Shown piece by piece: positions 1 to 12,859 of a DNA stretch of 64,000 nt; positions within the stretch are counted from its first letter, which is position 1; every line of letters starts with the position of its first letter. The notes under the pieces are model-generated. The model had not been told where the DNA came from. It made no database searches and saw only the letters and a program-made list of their open reading frames with translations. A program made the translations under genes and the position numbers. This DNA comes from Amphiscolops sp. MND2022 (Eukaryota): assembly GCA_964187785.1 (NCBI GenBank), contig OZ076409.1, positions 61,754,001 to 61,818,000 on the forward strand, written 5' to 3'.

Positions 1-635
1 GGAGAATGTTTTCACAAAAGATTCCTTGACGCTTTGAAGTACTTTGAGCTTAAACGGGGTACCGACTTATGTCGTTCCCAGCTTGTTTGAAGTTCCCGTG
101 CTTTTAAATGTTTGAGTTTTAGCATGTTTCAAGATGCGTTAATATTGTTTTTTATTCGGACAATTTTCATATTTTGAAGGTTATATGAAAAGGTTGGAAA
201 CGCTATTTGAAACCTTGTCAATACTCAGTGAAATTTGAATTTTCATGTTTGAGCATTTCATTGGTTGTCGCAATTTGACAAATCACAAAAAAATCCGAGC
301 GAAACCGCTCGCTAATCGCTAATTCGTTATATAGTTGATTAGCGGAGTCAAAACTCTGCTTTCGACATACTGAGTAAAACTTCAAAATAAAAAACAACTA
401 AACAAGAAGTAGACACAGACTAAATGGCCTTTTTGTTTTTCTGAGATGCAAGATGAACTAAAATTTGATCATTAGCTGTGCGCCTTAGTTTCGCCTAAGT
501 TGTAGAGTGAAAATACTGTGAATTAAATTTTAAATTTTTTGTCAAAGTTTACAATTAATGGCACGGTTTAATTTTTGCAATCAATTTTTTCACATCCCTG
601 GTTTCAATAGAAAGAAATGAAATTTGCGAACCGAC

Positions 636-1787
636 CTTGGCCGAGACTTTGAACACTCGTTGCATGCCATTTGAAGGGCAAATCTCCGTTGTAGACGGCC
701 TCCACTAAAACTTTATCATTAAGCTGAGGTACTTTCCCTTTCACCACTCTGAAACAGGTATTGAGCATTAATACCGGATTTTGCAGCTATTGGAACTTAC
801 TTCTTAGGCAATAAAAGTGCCATCTCTTTGATTTCACCAAACTCCTATGATTCTAATCTTTCGAGAGATTATAAGTTTGCTAGGGTCCTTCTACTACTAC
901 CAATACTACGAATTATAACTTGCCATCAACTATTGAACATTCATTCAAATTATCGGACTATTTGGTCAACTTTCGTTTAATCCTTTTGGAGAAGGTTCAG
1001 CACCCAATTTACAGATAAAATTAGGGTAAATTTTAACAACTATAACAAGATTTTAGCATATATTAAGACTATTGTATTACACTATTGTAATTTGTAACAC
1101 AGTATCAACATCCAATTAGTAGCATTTGTAACAAAATGCCTAATATCAAGAGGTCCGATAGCCTTTCAAAACATTGATGGGAAACAACGTGGTTCAGTCC
1201 TAGAAAACTCACGAGAATTGGAAGAAAACGTCGTTGTCGATGATGCCGAAAGAGTCCTGCACTTTGGTCACATGACCTGTGAAGACTCGAGGAGCTGTGT
1301 TGGAGCTGAAACCCCCTCCTGCACCAGCTCCACCTCCGGGTCTGTAGGAGCCCCCACCGCCACCCATAGAACGACTGTTGTATCCACCCTAAGTAAACAT
1401 GACTTTGAAAACCGATTCTCATGGAACCTGTTATTTATTGAGCGTATATTATTCACAAAAATCCTGATCAATTCATATGTGACTCGAATTGACAAAATGA
1501 ATAATCTCTAAACAAAAGGCATCTTACAAAATGATGGATTCAATGGACAATGAAAAGTTTTTGGTGTGGTATAGTTTTCTGGCTCGGTAACTGCTAGTTT
1601 TGAGTAAAGCACCGCTGTCAGAAACGTACGCTACGAAATGAAAACTCGTAGTCTTTTCAAGTTACGACCAAATAGTTGCTGTTCAACTAACCCCTCCGCT
1701 TCCATAACTAGAGGAAGACGGGTATCCGCCCACTGAGCCTCCGCCACTCGAGTAGTACTGACTGGAACTGTACTGATTTGAATACAT
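636..1787 (-). CDS. CCAR1: CCAR1/CCAR2 (DBC1)-family gene, first three coding exons: 1787-1692, 1388-1213, 748-636; continues beyond the left edge
   Basis: Manual splicing across GT-AG introns (phases 0 and 2) gives MYSNQYSSSQYYSSGGG...PRVFTGHVTKVQDSFGIIDNDVFFQFS/VVKGKVPQLNDKVLVEAVYNGDLPFKWHATSVQSL. This matches the S1-like domain of CCAR1 (RVFTG.VTKL.D.FG.VD.DVFFQ...VKG..PQVGD.VLVEA.YN..MPFKW). This frame is not in the ORF track. Confidence 0.85.
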
Positions 1788-2044
1788 CGCACGCTCTGAA
1801 AAGTAGAAACATGACAGGCGAAAGAAAACCAGGATCAAAAACTAAACTATGTGTCATGATCAGTATCGTTAAGGGACATTGATTGACTTAAGAAGAGTGC
1901 GCTTCTTACGAATAACTTTTAAGGAGAAAGAAACTTTATTGGGGAAGAAAAACCAAAAGACTCTTTAGGTCCAAAAACGATAGGTGAATATTTGAATTGA
2001 TTTGGTCAGTTATTATTATAGTATGAACTAAAACACAAAACAAA

Positions 2045-3831
2045 TTTATATTTATTCATATGAGGACACATATCTGACCGGGACGCAGAAAGGAGCTTTA
2101 CAGCTCTAGGGTATACGCCCCAAAAACAGAAAGAAGAGTTGTCAGCTCCAATGAAGAGATACTAGGAAATCTGCAAACTTTAACCAAAAATGAGGTTAAA
2201 AGTTGTTTCACTGTCAAGGATGTACAGTTCTTTGAAATTCATGATGAACTTTTTTAGCATTATTTTGTCAACATTGTTTTCGAAACTTGGCAATAGATCG
2301 TTTTCATTAAAAAATTGTAACATTTTGTAACTCTCCCGGCTGAAGAGTTTTTGGCTGTAACAGTTCGCGAAAAATGGGGTCAAATTTGTCCAGCAATTTG
2401 AGATGGAATCATACGTAGGAATGCTTGATTTTGAAGATCCAATGATTTAATTGTCGAAAAACCATATATTTGATATAGAGTCTTCTTCAATGTAAAGTTC
2501 AAAAACTGTTTCTATTTTATGCTTCATAAACATCAGAAACTATATCGCTACGTTTCCTGAAGAAAATTGTTCGTATAATTCGTTTTTGCATTAATAGAAT
2601 CTCATTCAGCACGGAATGTCTTGTACCGCCGTATATGAGCAACCCGTACAGTATAATCGGTTATGCATATGCTTGATAAAACCTTAATAGAGCTTTCCGG
2701 GAAAAACAATACCGTGCCTTGTAGACCAAACCATTAAATTTAGCTAATCTTTTCAGGATACTCGCGATTTGGCTATGAAAATTCAACCTTTTGTCGACAC
2801 TAACGCCTAGGTACATGAATTTATCTAAAATGTCTATTTCGCCGGCTAAACCTTCAAGTTCGTCAATTTCCGTTGGGGTTATTGTTTTTCCAAAGGGCAA
2901 AATTGTACACTTAGATACGTTGACAGTCATTTTGTTAACCGAAAACCATTGATTCGTGCTTTCTAGATCCAATTCTACGTCTTTTGTTACAATTCTACAG
3001 CTTTTAGAAGTTCAATTGCGGTAGCATCAGCAAAAAGAACCATGTTTGAATTTTTACACGTTTCAGGCAAATCATTTATGTATATCAAAAACAAAAGTGG
3101 TCCCAAGATTGAACCTTGTTGAACTCCACAATCAATGCTCCTCAATGAAGAATTTCGATTACCCGAAAATACGAATTGTTCTCTATCAGATAAATAATCC
3201 CTGAGCAAATTTTCAATTTGACCGCGTAGTCCAAAGCTATTTAGTTTTTTAATAAGATTGTGATCAACGGTATCAAAAGCTTTTTTTAAATCAATGAAAG
3301 CTGCCAAGCCATAGTTTTTTTGTCAATTGTTTTTCTCATAAATTCAGTGATTTCAGCGACTGCATGTGCAGAAGAAAAACTCTCTAAAACCGAATTGTTT
3401 GGGAGTTAGTAGTTTATGCTTTGCCAAAAATTTTGTTATTCGTTTGTGAATGAGTTTTTCAAAGATTTTGCTTAGGGAAGTCAAGAGACTAATAGGGCGA
3501 TAATTATCCGGTAGGGGAAAATCACCTTTCTTTAAAAGCGGAAGAACTTTCGCAATTTTCATAGACTTAGGAAACTGTGAATCGTTTATACACTCATTGA
3601 AAATATCGGCTAAAAATTGACTAATTGAAGATGCCGCAAGCCTCAAAAGTTTATTAGAGATGCCATCTTAGACTTAGGAAACTGTGAATCGTTTATACAC
3701 TCATTGAAAATATCGGCTAAAAATTGACTAATTGAAGATGCCACAAGCCTCAAAAGTTTATTAGAGATGCCATCATGACCAGAAGATATTTTGATAGGTG
3801 TCCTATCAAGATGATAAATCAAAGTCTGCAA
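2045..3831 (-). mobile_element. 5'-truncated, frameshifted non-LTR retrotransposon (CR1/Jockey-type LINE RT)
   Basis: Successive ORF fragments carry RT motifs: NYRPISLLTSLSKIFEK, QFGFR, FIDLKKAFDTVDH, GVQQGSILGPLLFLIYINDLP, FADA (degenerate YADD), YLGV. Fragments are separated by frameshifts. Confidence 0.9.
3562..3774. repeat. 107-bp tandem duplication inside the LINE relic
   Basis: 3562-3667 and 3669-3774 are nearly identical (tagacttaggaaactgtgaatcg...gagatgccatc). Confidence 0.9.
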
Positions 3832-4411
3832 AAATTGGATGATTCAGTAGAACATCCGAGGTCAGCAGAAAAACTTAGTCCTGTAATAGCCGGACACTCT
3901 TAAAAAAGCTTCGATCCTTGAGCAGAGGAGACTCTCACCAAACTAACTGACATCTGTGCGATAGTTAGTTGTGCTTCAAACTACCTTTTTGACGAGCAAT
4001 TTTCTGTCATATGGTATTTCAATTCATAAATTAGTCCTCCACGTGATGATGTTTTCGTATGTACTTTTTTGTGGGACCGTTGTTGACACTGGAAGCAGGC
4101 TCTGTGATTTTTTCTACTAACCACTTTTCTGCAATATACGCGCCCGGATTCTTTCAGGGACAAGAAACCTTCATATTTTTCTGGCTTTGAGTGCACACGG
4201 TTTTGAATTAAGTACCGATTAGAAACAGTGAAAAATAAGTTTTAACTGGTCCCACTGCCATCGCGGACGGACTCTCGGTCGGATATGTTGTAAAAAAGTT
4301 AGAACATGGCAATGCAACCATTTTATTCTCATATGGGAAGACGATGGGGAGACAAAACAATCTATATCAACTACATTGGAAAAACATCCACAAAGTGGTA
4401 ATTACGAAAAT

Positions 4412-5753
4412 TCAATCTTGTTGATTGGGCTTCAATACAAACATAAGTACGGGGTAAAGCGAAGGTGGGAAATCCTTCTGAGTTTCTTGTTTGACGATAG
4501 TCAAGTCTGCAGCCTCAAAAATTTCTTTGAACAATGATTCCGGTCTACAAATGGAACTATCAACAGTGTCGAATTCCGTTTTGCTCCGAGCACAAACATT
4601 TTCTTTGACAAAAATGAAACCTCCAGATTTGAGAACTTGACCACAACGTTTGAGGAAATTTGTAAGGTCTTCGTCAGGTAAGTAGCACAAAACCCATTGA
4701 CACCAAATGACGTCATATCGTTTATCTTCTGGGTGAAAATCTTGGATACCAACACAAATTTTTCTATCAACTTTGGCAGCTTCTTCGCCAAGATACTTGC
4801 TCGACTGAAACAAAAACGTGAGCTCCGTGTAAACTTCTTTAACCTTTCATAAAAAATAATTTTATGGTTTGCAAGAGTTTTGACACCGCTTATAGGTGAT
4901 TTACCCAGCGCTCTAGAATTTTTCAATAATTTGACATTGATTCGTATTAGCGGCAACAAACAAAATGCCAAAATGCAAAAAATGAAGTTTTGCTAAAAGT
5001 ATCACAGAATTTCAAAATAAATTTCAAGAACTTCGAATTGTTTTTTCTTATAACCCATAAAGAACGGAAAATTGCTGAAAATCATTCATCCGGAATGAAC
5101 TTTTAACATCCGGAATGAAATGTTTGAAAAACTTCAGCGAATTAGTTATTTTGAAATAGCGATGTCAAAACCCTTGTTTGGGCTATGGTTCAAACTGGTA
5201 CTCACTTTTTCCAAAAACTTTGCGCAAGGCTCTACCATGTCGATTCGATCGAACAAACCAGCAAGCAAGCATTTTGAAATGCGACCAATGCCAGCACCAC
5301 AATCAGCCACTGTCAGTTGGGATGATCGTTTACGCGATTCCTGTAAGACATATCTTTAAATACTCCAGTAATCATTGGAAAATAATTGAACGCTAAAAAT
5401 GAGAAATTCCTTCGAAAAAAATGCAATTGAACAGCCATACGGTGTGAGCTGCTCATATGGTATTGAGAAAAAAACTAGCCGCCGTGATAGTCGGGCACAT
5501 TCTTGAAAAGTGCACCGACAAGATTTTTAAACCACGTTGGTAAAATGGCTCTCTGGTTTTTCGAACTGAGACTTACTTGGACAAATGGAAAGACCATGTC
5601 TGTAGAAGCAGTCAGATCAATGGTTGATAGACTTTCCAATCCGCCCATCATTCCATGAGGAGATGCGTCAATACGGTTCCAGTAAGCCTGAGCATCCTCA
5701 TAAAAACTAGGATGATCACTGAGGACTTTAACATTTTTCTTCATGTAAGACAT
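4412..5753 (-). CDS. NTMT1: N-terminal Xaa-Pro-Lys N-methyltransferase 1; exons 5753-5577, 5340-5206, 4804-4412 (~234 aa)
   Basis: Two phase-0 GT-AG introns. Motifs: FYEDAQAYW, GMMGG, SAM motif I DCGAGIGRISK, DMVEP, YDVIWCQWVLCYLPDEDL..FLKRC, VKEN, DSSICR, QKDFPPSLYPV.MF. Confidence 0.93.
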
Positions 5754-6111
5754 CTAAGAACTATCTAAAACAAACCAGGAACGGCATAACTCAAAAAGTA
5801 CTTGAAATTGTAAACGAACTGTTTCTGAAAAAAAACACGGCACTATATTAATGACGACGATCCATTTCACCTGAGAGTGGAAGCGGGGATTGCTATTCAT
5901 TATTCCGAAAATAATCTTACCGTTCCATTTTTCCGAAATTAAATTTACCGTTCCATTATTCCGAAATTTACCGTTCCATTATTCCGAAAACTTTTCTTTG
6001 AAGAGCCATTTGTTGTATGGCTCAGTCGCTTCGCTCCCTTCGCCTAGTAGCAACATTGAGGCATGACAAATGGCACGTCCCTCCGCTTCGCTCCTGCATT
6101 TTTTTTCTGTT

Positions 6112-8040
6112 TTATCAGATATCATGGATCTTCGTCATCAATCAAGTGCCATGTGTATCATCATGTTGGGGGGAGAAGACACACACCCGTGGTCTGCAAC
6201 GAAAGTAGGGAACCCCATACCAGCCACTATACCAGTAGACCAGTAACAAAAAGAAAAACAACCAACAAACTACTCAAACCAGCCACTATGCAGTCGACCG
6301 GTGAATTTTTTTATAGCTGCTTTGATATAAAGGTAAAAAAAATTAGGCTATATGTAATAAATTTCTTCGAACGCATCTGTCGCTCACAGTTCCTAGAACA
6401 CAGACCGCATTGCCGATCTGGAGAGGCATTGAAATCCGTTGCTTCAAGAAGCAGCCAGCTCGTTGATCGTCGTGCGAACGACAGAGCATTATACAGAGAC
6501 GCGTGATGAAAATTTCACTGCTCTCGCCAAAAGAACCCTGTACTTCCAAGGCCACTGGCTGAAAAATGTATCCATTGTCTATTAATTTGCGATACTTCTC
6601 AATTTTACGCGCTTCAGCCTCGGTGGCGGTGGTTCCCGGGTTGCATAAAGAGCCTTGATTCAGGCGACTGGGTGCAAGAGCATCCACAACCGTGACATCC
6701 CACACCAGCTGTTTACCCATTTCCCAAGGAATCATGGTAACACCGTCTGGGTGTTTGCCATCAGTTCGGTACAGTCCACGCGGTTCGAGCATTGAGGGCA
6801 AGTCGAGAGATCCCAACGTCTGCTGGTTACCAGTCACTTGGCTTAATACCATTTGGCTCAATTTTTTTCTTGAGTCACTTGGCTTAAAAATTTTAAGCCA
6901 AGTGACCACAAAATTTGGCCAACTCCATTCCAACTCACGGAATAAATAAGTCAACTCCTAGAAATATCATAATGCCGGGCATATACGGTGTATGCACGCT
7001 CGCCCTCACCGTCGCTAAGACCAGCTCCCACTACGATCGCTTCGCGATCTCCGTTCCCGCTAGGTCTTTGCTCCTGTTCGACCCCGCTTAGCAAGATGGG
7101 AATATAAGCGGCCCCGAGGGGCCGCAGGGCGCTAGAGGAATTGAGGAAATATCCGAGGGGTACTTGATAAGGTTACCAGTCACTTGGCTTAATACCATTT
7201 GGCTTAATTTTTTCGTCGAGTCATTTGGCTTAAAAATTTTAAGCCAAGTGACCACAAAATTAAGCCAACTCCATTCCAACTCGAGGAATAAAAATGTCAA
7301 CGAAAATATCATAATGTGGGGCATATGCGGTGTATGCACGCTCGCCCTCACCGTCGCAAAGACCAGCTCCCACTACGATCGCTTCGCGATCTTCGTTCCC
7401 GCTAGGTCTTTGCTCCTGTTCGACCTCGCTTAGCAAGATGGGAATATAAGCGGCCCCAAGGGGCCGCAGGGCACTAGAGGAAATGGGGACATATCCGAGG
7501 GGTACTTGATATGACATGTTATAATAGTACGCTGACTACGTTATAAAGATAAATTCGACAAAATCTGCCACATGTTTTTAACTAAGTGGTTTTAAGTCAA
7601 ATGACTTTAAGCCAAGTGACCAATACCCGAGACACTTAGCTTAAAAAAATTAAGGCAAGTGACCAATTGTATTAAGCCAAATGACTTTAAGCCAAATGGC
7701 ATTAAGCCAAGTGACAATTTACCCTCGATAAGACATGTTATAATAATACGCTGACTACGTTATAATGATGAAATCGACAAAATCTGCCACGTGTTTTCAA
7801 CTAAGTGGATTTAAGTCAAATCACTTTAAGCCAAGTGACCAATACCCGAGACACTTAGCTTTAAAAATTTAAGCCAAGTGACCAATTGTATTAAGCCAAT
7901 TGACATTAAGCCAAATGGCATTAAGCCATGTGACCATTTACCCGTCTGCTTTATGAGGGAATTGAGAGTAGCATGACGTGAGAAGCGACCAGCACTCTTG
8001 GTGCAAGAAAGACCGGGTACCGTCCCGTTCAACTCTTTTG
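6112..8040 (-). mobile_element. 3' fragment of a non-LTR retrotransposon with restriction-like endonuclease (CRE/R2-type), split by a MITE
   Basis: Removing the 6825-7942 insertion plus one TSD copy rejoins GLSCTKSAGRFSRHATLNSLIKQT to LGSLDLPSMLEPRGL..DGKHPDGVTMIPWEMGKQLVWDVT..AEARKIEKY..FQPVALEVQG. This is a zinc-knuckle remnant followed by a PD-(D/E)xK RLE. The presumed 3' UTR extends to ~6112. Confidence 0.8.
6825..7942. mobile_element. Non-autonomous TIR element (MITE family B) with internally duplicated modules
   Basis: 8-bp TSD CGTCTGCT at 6817-6824 and 7943-7950. Imperfect TIRs GGTTACCAGTCACTTGGCTTAAT / GGTAAATGGTCACATGGCTTAAT. The left ~345-bp module and the right ~215-bp module are each present twice. 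Confidence 0.8.
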
Positions 8041-8707
8041 CCATTTGAGTGCACTAGGGTTATGTGACCATACCTGGTTACGTTATCGTAATTAGTTCGC
8101 CGCTTGCGCTGTATTCATTTTATTGGAATGTATTTTTTTCCTCTTTCAGATATCATGGATCTTCGTCATCAATCAAGTGCCATGTGTATCATGATGTTGG
8201 GGGGAGAAGACACGCACCTGTGGTCTGCAACGAAAGGAGGAAACCCCATGCAAGCCACTATCCCAGTAGATCAGTATATAATTCTAATAGCTCCTTTTTG
8301 CGAGCAGTTAACAATCTAACAATCTTAGTTGTTCAAACAAGATGAGTTTTTTTCTTCCTCTATCAGATATCATGGATCTTCGTAATCAATGAAGTGCCAT
8401 GTGTATCATCATGTTGGGGGGAAAGACACACACCTGTGGTCAGCAACGAACGTAGGGAACCCCATACAGGGCAGGGATATTTCGTCACCAGCCATTTGGG
8501 CGACAAAAATTTCAGCCAATTTCGGCAACAATAATGTCGCCCAAATGTCCCGTCAAATATGTTCACATACCCCTAGTGCCCTAAATGCAGGAGCGAAGCG
8601 AAGCGACGTGCAATATGGCCATGCCTCAATGTTGCTACTTGTCGAAGGGAACGAAGCGACCGAGTCATACAACAAATATGCTAACTTCTCTAAATATATC
8701 AGTTAAT

Positions 8708-9646
8708 GGTTACCAGTAACTTGGCTTAATAACATTTGGCTTAATTTTTTCGTCGAGTCATTTGGCTTAAAAATTTTAAGCCAAGTGACCACAAAATTAA
8801 GCCAACTCTATTCCAACTCAAGCAATAACATGTCAACTCCCGGAAATATCATAATGTGGGGCATATGCGGTGTATGCACGCTCGCCCTCACAGTCGCAAA
8901 GACCAGCTCCCACTACGATTGCTTCGCGATCTTCGTTCCCGCTAGGTCTTTGCTCCTGTTCGACCTCGCTTAGCAAGATGGGGACATATCCGAGGCACGT
9001 TTTATATTTTTAAATGATATCTTCCATATGATGTATACAAAACCAAGTCTCCTGATAATTTATTTTGTAATCTTCGTATATCTGTTTCCGCCCATCCTAT
9101 GAAGAGACGCTGACTACGTTATAAAGATAAATTCGGGTGGGCGGAAGTAGGTCGAAGGAACGGGATCGAAAATCAGAGTTAGTCCTTAGGTCGACATACC
9201 AAATTTTTAAATGGGATCGAAACAACTCGGATCGAAATTTTTATAACGTAGTCAGATATGTTCACATACCCCTAGTGCTCTGAATGCAGGAGCGAAGCGA
9301 AGCGGAGCGACGTGCCATATGGCCATGCCTCAATGTTGCTACTTGGCAAAGGGAGCGAAGCGACCGAGCTATACAACAAATACAATAAAATTCGACCGCA
9401 TTCCATTCGATCCCTGCAATTCGATCGAAAGGTTCGACCTCTGTCCTTTCGACCAGAAAAATTCGACCTATTTACAGCCACCCGATAATTTTGACAAAAT
9501 CAAGCTAAGTGGTTTTAAGTCAAATGACTTTAAGCCAAGTGACCAATTCCCGAGACACTTAGCTTTAAAAAATTAATCCAAGTGACCAATTGTATTAGGC
9601 CAAATGACTTTAAGCCAAAAGGCATTAAGCCAAGTGACCATTTACC
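8708..9646. mobile_element. MITE family B, second copy (middle of the nest)
   Basis: 8-bp TSD CAGTTAAT at 8700-8707 and 9647-9654. Same TIRs as 6825-7942. Confidence 0.85.
9135..9483. mobile_element. MITE family C (innermost)
   Basis: TIRs GGGTGGGCGGAAGTAGGTCGAA / GGGTGGCTGTAAATAGGTCGAA. Imperfect 9-bp TSD GATAAATTC / GATAATTTT. Confidence 0.65.
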
Positions 9647-11073
9647 CAGTTAATTGATCAGTTTGGTCAACCCATTTGGTCGACTCTTTTGTCGCCCATG
9701 TGACCGACGCCATATTTTCGCCCAAATGGCTGGTGACGAAATGTCCCTGACCCCCCATACTAGCCACTTTCCCAGTAGACCAGTAACAAAAATAACAACC
9801 AACAAACTACTCATACCAGCCACTATCGGTAGAATTTTTTTTCAAGCTGCAATGATACAGAGGTATTTTATGAAAAAAAAACAATATGTATTAAATTTCT
9901 TCGAACGCATCTGTCGCTCACAGTTCCTAGAACACAGACCGCATTGCCGATCTGAAGAGCCATTGAAATCCGTTGCTTCAAAAAGCATCCAGCTCGTTGA
10001 TCGCCGTGCGAACGACAGATCATTTTACAGAGGCGCGTGATGAAAATTTCACTGCTCTCTCCTAAAGACCCCTAGACTTCCAAGGTCACCAGTTGGAAAA
10101 TGTGATTGGTTCATTGATTGAAATTTTCATCACGTGACTACGACTCGCAGAATTTACTTCGTGTAATCTTTTTTCGGGATTTTGAAACTTAATGTTTATT
10201 TCGGAAAAATGGAACTGTGAATTTAATTTCGGAATATTGGTATTTCGGAATAATGGAACGCCCCGGAGCGAGGTCTTTTTTGTGAAAAACATTCCGGAAA
10301 AAAGTCGCAACTCCGAAAGTCACATGTAGGTTTGTAATTGACTCAAAAGGTCAAAATGAAAAACAGAGCAATTGCAACAAGACGCCCGTTAAGCACCAGC
10401 ATTTTTTAAAAAACAATGCATCAGCCCGGATTCCAACCTGCGACCTCGTGTGGGGATTTGGTGGCGAATTTTGGAAATTGGGCAAATAACTAAATAGTCG
10501 GGTAGTTAAATAAAATAGTCAAGTAGTTAAAATAGCCAAGTAACTGAATAGTCAAGTTGATGGAGATACATCGTCAAGTAGAAACGTTTTGGCAGAATTT
10601 GTAAAAAAACGCATCACAGACCATGATTTCCCCCCCCCCCATTATATGTGGGCGGAAAATAACAATTTAGGCATTTTTTAGATATAACAATGATAATAAT
10701 AAAAATAACAGTAATAATAATGATAATAATGAAAATGAGTTCCTCCAAAATTGGAAGGGCGACAGAGCCCAATATTTCATTTAAAACAGGTTCATCCATT
10801 TCTGAGGCCATTCATTATTCTCCTGGTGTTTTGTCTTCGTACTTGTAACAATTTGCAGAAAATTGTTGGGGTGATTGAAGTCCACGGTGACTCTTCAGTC
10901 CGTCGAAAATTCGAATCGTCGAAAAACGAAAAGTTTTTTAATGCGTGGAAGAATGTTATCGTAATTTTGAATGCTCGATTTTTTTTGGCCGAAGTCGATT
11001 CTGTCAAGGTTTGCCATCTGCCTCGCAAAGCGGCAATGATCGAACGAAGAGCCACGACCCCTAAGGTTCAAGT

Positions 11074-12222
11074 CCGGGTTGCCAATTATTTGGGTTGATG
11101 ATATTTGTGTTTGGGTTGCAAATTCACTGTTTGGGTATTTGGTATTTGGGGTACAACCAATGTTTGGTTGGGTATTCGGGTGGTTCGCGGTAATTGGGGG
11201 GTAAAAATGGGTTCCAGAAAAATTTTAGCGGATCGAATCCAACAATTATGAAATTCGGAACAGCATGGAAACATACAGAAAGGTGTAACCAACAATATGA
11301 GATGCTTTTCTACCATGATGTCATTAAGAAAAAATAATAAAAAATACCTTAAATTGTTCTTGTGCGACTTTGTCTATTCCTTTCTGCTTAACGGAAACTG
11401 CAGGATTTGGAACTTGGGGTAACTGAATGCGATATTGTTTGCCTTTTCCACTCTGCCGATCCTTGCAAGCATTCCAATGAGTCCACATTGAACTCGTTCC
11501 ATAGTTCACACTGATTACTACTTGAGAGCAATTAGTGCACATGCGCTTATCAGTCTTCTTTCTACCAATAACAAAATCGCAGAATAATTTGGAATGAATC
11601 TCGTTGCTGGATCGAATTGTCTTCCATTCACTACCTTTCATTTTTTTCGCTGCTACAGTATTCTCCGAAACATCCTCGTCTCCTTCATCAGGCTCGTAAC
11701 CGACAGCAGCATCGACAATCTCTGTAACATCTGAATTCTCATCAGCCATCTGGAGACAGACGCAATATTCGGCGCTATATCACCAATTTATTTTACCTAC
11801 CGTACTGACTACAATCATCAAAGACAAATCATCAATCATAGACTTTGCCTCCTAGCACTGTGCGCTTTAGACGTTACAACAAACAGATAGTCAAAATCAA
11901 CTCAAATGTATTCAAAATAAATGCTAATATACTAATTTTTCAACCTCACAAGTATCGAGGAAAAAAAGATTGAAAATCCAGGAAATATTGCAAAAGATTT
12001 GCAGAATTTTTTTCCACCAGTCAATTCGGTAATTGGGTGTGGTGGTCAGTATTTGGGGGGTAAATTCAACTAATTGGGTGTTTGGGTTGGGTGCCCTCGA
12101 TAATTGCGTTGCGTATTTAGGGTCATTCACTATTTGGGTTGCGTATTTGTAATTGGGTACCACAATTGGTATAATTAATTCGGTTTTACCCAATTAATTG
12201 GGTTTACTATTTGGTAACCCTG
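11074..12222 (-). mobile_element. Internally deleted hAT DNA transposon
   Basis: 8-bp TSD GTTCAAGT at 11066-11073 and 12223-12230. TIRs CCGGGTTGCCAA / CAGGGTTACCAA. Subterminal TTGGGT repeats. Retains a BED-finger ORF. Confidence 0.85.
11324..11749 (-). pseudogene. Transposase N-terminal exon with BED zinc finger (hAT remnant)
   Basis: W...F....CTNC...YGTSSMWTHWNAC fits the BED pattern. Probable donor AAG/GTATTT near 11348; no downstream transposase exons remain. Confidence 0.7.
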
Positions 12223-12859
12223 GTTCAAGTACCTACCACATGACCTCGCACACACAACTTATGATGCCGCACATTCATGTACCTGTTTGTGCGATCCAAC
12301 AGACAACACTTGATGTCGCAAATTTGTTGTTGACTGACAGGTACCTGCCGCTGTGCTAGATATACCCGATGCTGAACCACTTCTACCATCAATTGCAATT
12401 GTAAATACATAAACCAAGTCTGACCATAACTAATCAATCTCAATTAAATTCCTCATTCCTACCCAACCTGTTGCAAAAATTTATCCATTACGTCATACAA
12501 TGCTCGCTAAGCCATTGCGTATTCGACGAACTGAATGAGTGAACAGGCACCTATGTCAACATCTCCAATAAATATTTGATGAGATAAACAGCTCTAAACC
12601 AAAATTTTGTTTGTTAATCGATAACCTAATTTTTGGTCTCACAAAAGATTCATGAGCTGCAACTCTTGTTGGTTTTTCAGGTCGGGATGTAGTTACACGA
12701 TTTCTCCGTTCCACGTCAAACTGATCTCGCACAGTTTTACTCAGTAACAAAATATCGTGCATTTCGATGCAGAGTGAAAGTGGCTGAAGTCCAAGTTGAT
12801 CGAGCCTCGTTTTGTACCGATGAGAAGAAATGTAAATTCAATACCACAATTCTTGAACT

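Larger units (their letters stand above)
8469..9752. mobile_element. MITE family A (outer element of the nest)
   Basis: TIRs GGGCAGGGATATTTCGTCACCAGCCATTTGGGCGA / GGTCAGGGACATTTCGTCACCAGCCATTTGGGCGA. 9-bp TSD CCCCATACA / CCCCATACT. Confidence 0.8.
8360..10105 (-). mobile_element. Second copy of the CRE-like 3' end, hosting three nested MITEs
   Basis: 8360-8468 plus 9753-10105 align with 6112-6570 (RLE C-terminus and 3' UTR). A third partial UTR copy lies at ~8145-8270. Confidence 0.75.

Noticed and set aside
1105..1511. ORF-track ORFs 1105-1422, 1218-1511 and 1268-1495
   Set aside because: They are shadow frames of CCAR1 exon 2, whose real frame is not listed.
6825..9650. TTAAGCCAAGTGAC short repeats as a CRISPR array or ribozyme cluster
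   Set aside because: Eukaryotic context, irregular spacing and no unique spacers; they are MITE subterminal repeats. No hammerhead core (CTGATGA..GAAA) recognised.
5885..10265. CCGTTCCATTATTCCGAAA arrays at 5885-5990 and inverted at 10180-10265 as ends of one large composite transposon
   Set aside because: The inverted similarity is real but I found no TSD; they may be two independent MITE halves.
10415..10455. tRNA-Gly-like 3' half on the minus strand followed by a T-run
   Set aside because: No D-arm or 5' acceptor strand, and the T-loop is mutated; at most a SINE or pseudogene scrap.
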